From an uncultured archaeon (GTDB lineage: Archaea > Asgardarchaeota > Thorarchaeia > Thorarchaeales > CAZPUN01), in NCBI GenBank assembly GCA_964589775.1, contig CAZPUN010000045.1, positions 1 to 13,432 on the forward strand: a DNA stretch of 13,432 nucleotides, given 5' to 3'. Made by a program: the position numbers and the translations under genes. This document shows positions 1-6,807 of this stretch, piece after piece. The first letter of the stretch is position 1. Each line of letters starts with the position of its first letter. The notes below the pieces were generated by a model. The model did no database searches. It saw only the letters and a list, made by a program, of their open reading frames with translations, and was not told where the DNA came from.

Positions 1-1
1 A

Positions 2-856
2 GAGATTCATGAGGAGTGTTCAGTCATTTCATATATACAAAAAGATGACCACGTAGAAGTTGAAACATGTGATGGTACTGTATCTGCGAAATATTTAGTT
101 GTTGCTCGTGGTGTTCGTCCTTTACCACGCGAAGATGTTTCCAAAAGACGATGGACCAAACAAATGCTAGCTCAAACTTTTGAATCAGAAACCAAAGTTT
201 CAAAGAAAATTTCGGATTCTATTGTAGATAGTCATCATCCTTTGATGATCTATTTCGGTATTGTTGATGCGGGATACGGCTGGGTGTTTCCAAAAGATGG
301 ATATCTGAATATCGGTGTTGGGCTTTCAGTATCTCCGGGCGTAAAAGCTATCGACGTGTATAACAAGTTTGTTGAATATCTTTACGAATCTAATACAATT
401 CCTAAGAATCTTAAGCTTGATAAACCTTTGGCGCATCCAATTCCATTCTACAAGCCACTAGAGCCTACTGCTATAGATCGTGTTCTATACGTTGGGGATG
501 CTGCAGGTTTTGTATCGCCCGTAACAGGCGAAGGTATGTTTTATGCAATAACTTCAGGAATTATAGCTGCTGAATCCATCAAGAAATCACTTGAAACTGG
601 TGAACTACCCGGAAAATATTATGTTCCAGGCTGGCATGAGGCATTTGGAAATGATCTTATCAAATATGGTTTAGATATTCGAAATATAGTCTACAAATCT
701 ACAGAAAGTCAGGAAAAACTAATCAATCTTGCATCAAAAGATCCAAAGCTTATGAAGATCGTTTCAGACATGATCATGGGAATGATAACTTATCAAGAAG
801 CAAAGAGAAAAGTATATCTTAGAGCTCCAATCTCCATGTTGAAGTCTCTTTTCTAA
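2..856 (+). CDS. Geranylgeranyl reductase-family FAD-dependent oxidoreductase, 5'-truncated by the window edge
   Basis: The frame is open from nt 2 (EIHEECSV...VSAKYLVVARGVR...) into the tracked ORF at 164, so the true start lies outside the window. Motifs GYGWVFPKDGYLNIGVG and VGDAAGFVSPVTGEGMFYAITSG are typical of GGR/DGGR flavoproteins. Confidence 0.88.
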   Translation, partial: EIHEECSVISYIQKDDHVEVETCDGTVSAKYLVVARGVRPLPREDVSKRRWTKQMLAQTFESETKVSKKISDSIVDSHHPLMIYFGIVDAGYGWVFPKDGYLNIGVGLSVSPGVKAIDVYNKFVEYLYESNTIPKNLKLDKPLAHPIPFYKPLEPTAIDRVLYVGDAAGFVSPVTGEGMFYAITSGIIAAESIKKSLETGELPGKYYVPGWHEAFGNDLIKYGLDIRNIVYKSTESQEKLINLASKDPKLMKIVSDMIMGMITYQEAKRKVYLRAPISMLKSLF

Positions 857-1341
857 ACCCTTATTTTATATTTTTTCCCGTTAAATTCTACTTCTTGAAA
901 AGTTTCATTTATCGTTGGTTTTGTCAACTCAATACTATTAATTACATTATATCCGTTCTTTCTATAGAAATTCACTGCAATCTCATTTATTGGAATGACA
1001 CTTAGATAGATTTGTTCTTCTCCATGTTTTTGTGCAAAGTCCTCACAGAATTGCAATAGTTTTTTTCCAATGCCTTTATTTCTATATACTCTTTGCACAT
1101 ACAATTCTTTTAGAAAATAGCAGCCATCAGCATCAAATAATCTTGCAAATCCCAATACTTTCGAATCATTGCGATAGAGAAAGATCTTATTATTTGGATT
1201 TTCGACGACTTTCTTAAAATCTTCTATAAGATCGTTGGGAGATAATGGTTGTCCTCCAAAAAGTACTTTGTGATACGAATATAGTGCTGTGTATAGCTCA
1301 AGTGTTTCATTAAAATATTCTGATGTATACTCACAAATCAT
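853..1341 (-). CDS. GNAT family N-acetyltransferase
   Basis: Motif A LKELYVQRVYRNKGIGKKLL (R-x-x-G-x-G acetyl-CoA loop) and motif B NEIAVNFYRKNGY. ATG at 1341 is preceded by SD-like GGTGGA and is preferred over GTG at 1350. The stop overlaps the GGR stop by 4 bp (convergent). Confidence 0.9.
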   Translation of the reverse strand: MICEYTSEYFNETLELYTALYSYHKVLFGGQPLSPNDLIEDFKKVVENPNNKIFLYRNDSKVLGFARLFDADGCYFLKELYVQRVYRNKGIGKKLLQFCEDFAQKHGEEQIYLSVIPINEIAVNFYRKNGYNVINSIELTKPTINETFQEVEFNGKKYKIRV

Positions 1342-1459
1342 ATTTTCCACCGTGTTTGTGTAATTGATAAAACTATAAAATTATCCGACAAAGTTAAATT
1401 TGAAATTGTCGTATTATGAACTGAACATAGGCTATGCCTTGTTATATAGGTGACCTGAT

Positions 1460-1720
1460 ATGACATATCTTACATACAGGAAATATACTCGTTTTATTCC
1501 AGTAGTGTTTGGATTGATACTCGCAATAGCTGGTGCGGCTATTGTATTAATACCTATTGATACAATCCCACAGTATCAGCTAGTTGGGGGACTCGTGGCT
1601 CTTATAGGCTTCATATTTATCGTTCTGGGATTTGCAAAGCCTATAAAGAGAAGAGACTCTGTGAAGGCTCCAATTAAACTTGACACAGATGTGCCTCCAC
1701 CGCCTCCACCCCCTGATTAA
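1460..1720 (+). CDS. Small 2-TM membrane protein (86 aa) with C-terminal polyproline tail
   Basis: AGGTGA SD upstream. Two hydrophobic segments (FIPVVFGLILAIAGAAIVLIPI; LVGGLVALIGFIFIVLGFA) flanked by basic residues. Ends DTDVPPPPPPPD. T-rich tract after the stop. Confidence 0.85.
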   Translation: MTYLTYRKYTRFIPVVFGLILAIAGAAIVLIPIDTIPQYQLVGGLVALIGFIFIVLGFAKPIKRRDSVKAPIKLDTDVPPPPPPPD

Positions 1721-1730
1721 ACGATATACG

Positions 1731-1760
1731 TATTTTCTACTTTATCTTTTTTTTATTTTC
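1731..1760 (+). terminator. Putative archaeal oligo-U (T-rich) terminator
   Basis: tattttctactttatcttttttttattttc immediately downstream of the stop at 1720. Confidence 0.5.
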
Positions 1761-1839
1761 CTGCTCTATGGGACGATAAGACTAATAACATATATTAGTT
1801 AGTAGACATATTAATTTTTAATGAAAGGAGGTAAAGGTA

Positions 1840-3225
1840 TTGTCTGAAGAAGAATTAAGGAGAGCTTTAGAGGCTGCAACCAAGAGTGCAGGTCAACAAT
1901 CTTATGAGGCTGCAGCACTCAAGTACGAGGAAGCAGCTAAACAAGCATTAGCTATGGGAGATACTGCACGTGCAAATCAATTATTTGAAAAGGCTGCCAG
2001 TACTTTTATTGAGGCTGGAGATCTTTTGACAAACAATAAACGATATAGGGGAGCTACATCTGCTTATGCTCATGCTGCGAGGATTTATGAGCAAATGAAG
2101 CAGCCAGCACTTGCGAAGAGGTTGTATCTTAAGGCTGCCCAGAGTGCCAGTAAATATGCAGATGACCTTGCAATGTTTGAAGAATATGCTAAGGCTGCAT
2201 CTATTGCAGTTGCTGCTGGATTCATTTACATATTGGGTGGCGATTCTGATACTGGAAATGATGTTGTAAATAGATTCAAGCAAAAGTATGGGTCTAAGGT
2301 AGTCACCCCAGATGCTCAGCGAATTCTATCCATACTTGAACTCATAAATAACGCGACGAAAACACTAAATGTTGACCTACTTTCCAGTGCTGAAAATATT
2401 ACACGTACCGAATTTCGAAGTGGTTTAGTTCAAGCCAAGAGTGAAGACCTATATCCAATAACTGAACGTGCATTTGAGCTCATACGCGAAAATATGCGTT
2501 CAAAGATTAAACTACCTAAAGTTATCGCAGAGCTGGAAATCCCGATTGATCTTACATTTAAAGAAGCATTCACTCTAAATCTAAATATTAAGAATATGGG
2601 TGATGGCGAGGCTAAGAATGTTACTGTTGAGTTCTTTGTTCCCGATGGCTTACAAGTTCTCTCAGGAAATGAACGCCAGACAATCCTGCGAATAAATCCC
2701 AACGAGACTCAAGTTGCATCATTAAAACTTAAAGCAACAACTGATATGGTTGGTGAGAAGACATATTCATTCAAGGCAAAAGTTTCATACATGGATATAC
2801 TTGGCTCCGCATATTCCATTCAAGTAGGACCCGTGGATATCGTTCTTCGTGATTATAAAGAATCTGAAAAATTAACAAAAGACGTATCTCAGCTGGAGGC
2901 AAAATTATCTAATCTTAAGCAGACAAGTCACGATACTGCCGCATTAGATGACATGCTGATGGACCGAATAATCAATATCTTCGAGCAGGCTGCGAAATCC
3001 GTATTAGCATCGATCTCTGAAAAAGATATGGCTAAAGCACGTTCAAGATATGAATTGACTGCAGAACTCGTCGATATGCTTGGAAATACAATCAATGATG
3101 AAGCATTGAAGAAGCAGCTTGCAGAGAACTTGGCAGCGAAGATCAACGAAGAAAAGCGCCGTATATTAACTGAGATGAAGGATAAAATAAACCAAATGTT
3201 TGCCGAATTAGAAAGAGAATTCTAA
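1840..3225 (+). CDS. Cytoplasmic multidomain protein: SNAP-like/TPR-like helical repeats (aa ~1-220), CARDB/NEW3-like Ig beta-sandwich (aa ~225-337), C-terminal helical/coiled-coil region
   Basis: TTG start preceded by GGAGGT. Repeated Y/F-x-x-A-A helical pattern (YEAAALKYEEAA, FEKAA, YAHAA, YLKAA). LNLNIKNMGDGEAKNVTV...INPNETQVASLKL...KVSYMD is a CARDB-like Ig signature. Heptad-like C-terminus. No signal peptide or TM segment. Confidence 0.75.
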   Translation: MSEEELRRALEAATKSAGQQSYEAAALKYEEAAKQALAMGDTARANQLFEKAASTFIEAGDLLTNNKRYRGATSAYAHAARIYEQMKQPALAKRLYLKAAQSASKYADDLAMFEEYAKAASIAVAAGFIYILGGDSDTGNDVVNRFKQKYGSKVVTPDAQRILSILELINNATKTLNVDLLSSAENITRTEFRSGLVQAKSEDLYPITERAFELIRENMRSKIKLPKVIAELEIPIDLTFKEAFTLNLNIKNMGDGEAKNVTVEFFVPDGLQVLSGNERQTILRINPNETQVASLKLKATTDMVGEKTYSFKAKVSYMDILGSAYSIQVGPVDIVLRDYKESEKLTKDVSQLEAKLSNLKQTSHDTAALDDMLMDRIINIFEQAAKSVLASISEKDMAKARSRYELTAELVDMLGNTINDEALKKQLAENLAAKINEEKRRILTEMKDKINQMFAELEREF

Positions 3226-3246
3226 TAATATTGCTTGCATATATCG

Positions 3247-3283
3247 GACCTTTTCCTCCTTTCTTTCTTGAGGAGGAGAGGTC
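3247..3283 (+). other. Intergenic stem-loop (pyrimidine arm / purine arm)
   Basis: gaccttttcctcct-ttctttcttg-aggaggagaggtc forms ~13 bp (one G-U pair, one bulged U) with a 10-nt loop. Confidence 0.55.
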
Positions 3284-3310
3284 TCAAATTGTTCAAAACC
3301 GGTGGAATAA

Positions 3311-4489
3311 ATGAAAATTTACTTTGGGGCCTGTGGTATTGGGCTTGGTCATGTAGGCCGTTGTCTACAAATAGCTGATAAATTGAATGAGCAAGGTCAC
3401 AAAATATTTTTCTCGACTTACTTAGATGGGGTCAATTTAGTTAAGAAGAGTGGGTATCCGTATTCTGTATCGCCTCCCGTTATAATGGTTGAGCATCCAG
3501 ACGGTACAGTAGATACACCTCTTACCACAACGAAAGTTATTTACAACGTGCTATCCGCATTGAAGCAATTGATGCATGAAATTCGTGAGATGATAAAGTT
3601 CAAACCTGATGTTGTAGTTTCGGATACACGTCTTACAACATTGATTGCTGCGAAGATTCTACGAATTCCACGAATATTAATTACCAACCAATTAAAAGTA
3701 ATAATTCCGCGATGGGCTCCACCTTCATCTATTAAGGATGCTCTGCTAGGTCTTGTTGAAGGTACTGTTTTTCGAATTTTTGTCCTGTTTTGGCATATGG
3801 GTAATCCGATATTGCTTGTAGACTTTCCGCCGCCTCTCACGATTTCCAAGAAAAATATTGTCATCCCGCCAGCTCTTAGAAAGCGATCGTTCTACTTGGG
3901 TGTTCCGACACGTGTTAAGCCCGAAGATCTTCCGCCGATTCCCGAAATTCGAAAAAAATATGGACTTGATGATAAGCCATTAATCTTCATTACAATAAGT
4001 GGTACGAAGCATGAAAAAGAAGGAATTCTAAAGAAAATTGAGAAAATTCTACCGAAAATTGGTGGGGACTTCACTATTGTGCTTAGTCGTGGGATTCCCA
4101 ATGGAAGCACTAAGCCACATGTTTTCAAAAATATCCATATATACGATTGGGTTGAGAATCGATATGAACTTATAAAAGCTTGCGATATTGTTGTTTCTCG
4201 GTCCGGTCAGACAACTGTTGCGCAAGGAATGTATTTTGGTAAAAAAATGATTCTGATTCCTGTTAAAAACCATACAGAGCAAATGGGGAATGCGGAGTCT
4301 GCTGAAGATATGGGTTTTGCTCGAGTATTGCCTCAAGATGATGTATCAGCCGAAAATCTTCGAAAGCTTATAGAAGACGTATTAAACTCAGAGAGTATGG
4401 CAAAAAGAGCGGTAGAAATTTCCAAAAAAGTAAAGAAATATGGGAACGTAGATGTATTCATTGATGAAATTATTAAGAAGGCTCAATAG
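3311..4489 (+). CDS. GT-B glycosyltransferase, MurG-like GT28 / MJ1255-type
   Basis: N-terminal GACGIGLGHVGR (G-x-G-H-x-x-R), KPDVVVSD, and C-terminal DIVVSRSGQTTVAQGMYFGKKMILIP...HTEQMGNA (Glyco_tran_28_C-like). SD GGTGGA upstream. Confidence 0.88.
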   Translation: MKIYFGACGIGLGHVGRCLQIADKLNEQGHKIFFSTYLDGVNLVKKSGYPYSVSPPVIMVEHPDGTVDTPLTTTKVIYNVLSALKQLMHEIREMIKFKPDVVVSDTRLTTLIAAKILRIPRILITNQLKVIIPRWAPPSSIKDALLGLVEGTVFRIFVLFWHMGNPILLVDFPPPLTISKKNIVIPPALRKRSFYLGVPTRVKPEDLPPIPEIRKKYGLDDKPLIFITISGTKHEKEGILKKIEKILPKIGGDFTIVLSRGIPNGSTKPHVFKNIHIYDWVENRYELIKACDIVVSRSGQTTVAQGMYFGKKMILIPVKNHTEQMGNAESAEDMGFARVLPQDDVSAENLRKLIEDVLNSESMAKRAVEISKKVKKYGNVDVFIDEIIKKAQ

Positions 4490-5685
4490 TGTTTTTTCAT
4501 GAACCGTTCCAATCGGTCCATTGCTTCTTCAAGCATATTAATGGGTGGTAGATATACTGATCTGAAGTGTCCAGCACCATATTCAGGATCAAATCCGGAA
4601 CCATTGACAAAGACGATTTTTTCTTCTTTTAAGACGCTTAGCACGAAATCTTTATCGTCTTTCCATTTGCCTTTCAAGTCGATTTTAGGCATTATATAGA
4701 ATGCTGCATCCGGTAGTGTTGTTGAAATTCCATCAATTGCATTAAGTCGCTTGTATATGTAATCTCGACGCTTCTTTAATTCTTCAAGTGTTTTCTTAAT
4801 ATGGTCTTGTGGTCCTTTTAATGCAGCAATGGCTGCCTTTTGTGCTACAGTGTTAGTACAAATTCGGACACGTGCCTGTCGCTCCATTGCGTCTTTTAGT
4901 GGTGCGAGTTTACCTTCAGGGTCCTGGAAATATGTCCAACCGATTCGCCAGCCCGGAGCGAGATATACCTTGCTGATTCCATTAAAACCAATAATCGGAA
5001 CGTCTTTTGCAAGCCTTGCAGCTGAAACATGTTTGCCTGAAAAAGTCATCATATCATAGATTTCGTCAGAAATTAATGGTAATTCATATTCTCCAGCAAG
5101 ATCAATCATGGCCTTCATTGTTTTTTCGTCTATAGCAGCTCCTGTTGGATTGTTTGGAGTGATTACCAAAATTGCAATTGTTTTATCATTAATCTTTTTA
5201 CGCAAGTCATCGATGTCTGGCTTCCAGTTTTCTTCTTCGATCATGCGATAGCTTACTGGCTTACCTCCAAAGAAGTAGGTATATGAAATGTACGGCGGAT
5301 AACTTGGACCGGGAATAAGAAACTCATTACCGTTTAAAATGAGGGAGCCCAATAGGAACTCAATAGATTCAGAAACGCCTGCAGTAACTATTATGTGATC
5401 GATATCTATGTCTGCGCCTGCAACTCGTTTTTCTTTTTCTACAATAGCTTCACGTAATTCTTGAAGACCTAACGAAGGAGAATATCCATTATAGCCCTCT
5501 TCAGTGGCTTCTGCGAGTGCTTTCCTCATATGCTCGGGAGTTTTCCAATCATAAGCGATGGGGTCTCCGATATTCAAATAAATCATTTTTTCAGATGTGG
5601 TTTTCTCAATTTTTTTCGCTTCTACAACAATGTCTCTGATGGCATATTCTAAGTTTGCCGCTCGTGGTGCAATATTTAGTCTCAT
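4483..5685 (-). CDS. alaA: PLP-dependent class I/II aminotransferase, alanine aminotransferase type
   Basis: EYAIRD, LNIGDP, PNNPTG, SDEIYD, GISKVYLAPGWRIG (PLP lysine) and GAGHFRSVYLPP closely resemble Pyrococcus alanine aminotransferase as recalled. ATG at 5685 is preceded by GGAGG (the ORF track start at 5700 is the alternative). 7-bp convergent overlap with the glycosyltransferase. Confidence 0.88.
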   Translation of the reverse strand: MRLNIAPRAANLEYAIRDIVVEAKKIEKTTSEKMIYLNIGDPIAYDWKTPEHMRKALAEATEEGYNGYSPSLGLQELREAIVEKEKRVAGADIDIDHIIVTAGVSESIEFLLGSLILNGNEFLIPGPSYPPYISYTYFFGGKPVSYRMIEEENWKPDIDDLRKKINDKTIAILVITPNNPTGAAIDEKTMKAMIDLAGEYELPLISDEIYDMMTFSGKHVSAARLAKDVPIIGFNGISKVYLAPGWRIGWTYFQDPEGKLAPLKDAMERQARVRICTNTVAQKAAIAALKGPQDHIKKTLEELKKRRDYIYKRLNAIDGISTTLPDAAFYIMPKIDLKGKWKDDKDFVLSVLKEEKIVFVNGSGFDPEYGAGHFRSVYLPPINMLEEAMDRLERFMKKHY

Positions 5686-5767
5686 AAAGAGTGCCTCCAT
5701 GTCGAGCGTGTCACAACAAGTATATTTATCTTACGTTTTGAATATTTATCTAAATGTGAATTAAATC

Positions 5768-6376
5768 ATGAAAATCGATATGCATATTCATTCTATGTAT
5801 TCGTCTGACTCTCACCTGACTATCCCAGACATTGCTCGAATAGCACAATCGCGGGGAATTGATGCGGTCATTATTACCGACCATGACTCCATGGAAGCTA
5901 TCCGTGATGTTAAGGCACAAAATACATTTTATGGTGTCAAGGTATTCGTAGGCTGTGAGGTATCTTCATCTGCAGGGCATATTTTAGCATATGGCATTTC
6001 TGAGCCACCTCCGCCTAAGATGGCTCCTGATTATACTCTTGAATTCATTCATGAACATGGTGGAATTGCAGTTGCGGCTCATCCATATCGAAAAATAGGT
6101 TTGGGTGTTGGAGATCTCGTCTTTGATTTACATTTCGACGCAATTGAAGTCATGAGTTCATCAGTCAACAAACATGCTTCAAAGTCTGCCATTCAATCTG
6201 CAAAACTTCTTAATTTGCCAATGCTTGCTGGTAGTGATGCACATAGATTAAGGCTTGTAGGCTCATATTACACGGAGTTTGATGATCCAATTGAAAATAT
6301 AGATGATCTAATAGAATCAATAAAGGCAAATAAGGTCCGGCCTGTTCGAAATAACATAAGTATGAAAAAAAGATGA
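5768..6376 (+). CDS. PHP-domain metal-dependent phosphoesterase (stand-alone archaeal type)
   Basis: DMHIHSMYSSD, ITDHD, GCEVS...GHILAYG, AAHPYR and GSDAH metal-binding motifs. Confidence 0.92.
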   Translation: MKIDMHIHSMYSSDSHLTIPDIARIAQSRGIDAVIITDHDSMEAIRDVKAQNTFYGVKVFVGCEVSSSAGHILAYGISEPPPPKMAPDYTLEFIHEHGGIAVAAHPYRKIGLGVGDLVFDLHFDAIEVMSSSVNKHASKSAIQSAKLLNLPMLAGSDAHRLRLVGSYYTEFDDPIENIDDLIESIKANKVRPVRNNISMKKR

Positions 6377-6387
6377 GACTCAGAGAA

Positions 6388-6786
6388 TTATTGTGATAAA
6401 GTTAGTGCTATTTTCTTTGCGTACCTTCTAAGTACTGTAATTAATAGACCCATTGATGTCATTTCTCTACCCGCTGCGGTTATGAGGAAATCTCCTGCGT
6501 TTGAAAATACCATGAATCCGGTTTTCCCGCGCACAGTTACTTCTACAAGGTCTCCTAAATTCATCTTTTCTGCAGCCATGCCTCCCGTTGCAAGTAACGC
6601 TGCGCTCATTGCCGCCATGAGGTCTGGGTCTACTGTTGAATCTTCTGTTGCAAAATACGCAACTTTGACTCCTTGCTTCGTAAATACGCCCACGGCCTCT
6701 AAGTCTTCTTCTTCATAAATTAAACTACTCAATATTTTATTGAGTTCTTGTTCTTTTTCAGGTGAAATTATTCCTATATTTGACAT
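6388..6786 (-). CDS. Roadblock/LC7 (LAMTOR2/MglB-like) domain protein
   Basis: Pattern L-x-x-I-L-x-x-L...LEAVGVFTKQGVKVA...DLMAAMSAALLATGGMAAEKMNLGDLVEVTVRGKTG...MGLLITVLRRYAKKI is typical of Roadblock domains. Purine-rich SD (GGGAGAGG) upstream. Confidence 0.9.
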   Translation of the reverse strand: MSNIGIISPEKEQELNKILSSLIYEEEDLEAVGVFTKQGVKVAYFATEDSTVDPDLMAAMSAALLATGGMAAEKMNLGDLVEVTVRGKTGFMVFSNAGDFLITAAGREMTSMGLLITVLRRYAKKIALTLSQ

Positions 6787-6807
6787 TTTTCCCTCTCCCT
6801 GTGTATT

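Noticed and set aside
3311-4489. murG / peptidoglycan synthesis
   Set aside because: Archaeal context with no mur/dcw genes. MurG-like GT28 proteins in archaea are more plausibly lipid or small-molecule glycosyltransferases.
1981-5059. Short antisense ORFs (1981-2283, 2430-2702, 2928-3146, 3541-3864, 3892-4128, 4049-4336, 4499-4699, 4829-5059)
   Set aside because: They lie wholly within well-supported genes on the opposite strand and have no recognisable motifs.
6388-6786. Profilin call for the 132-aa protein next to gelsolin
   Set aside because: The size fits, but the long central AAMSAALLATGGMAAEKMNLG helix and strand order are those of Roadblock/LC7. Asgard profilin-type features are not seen.
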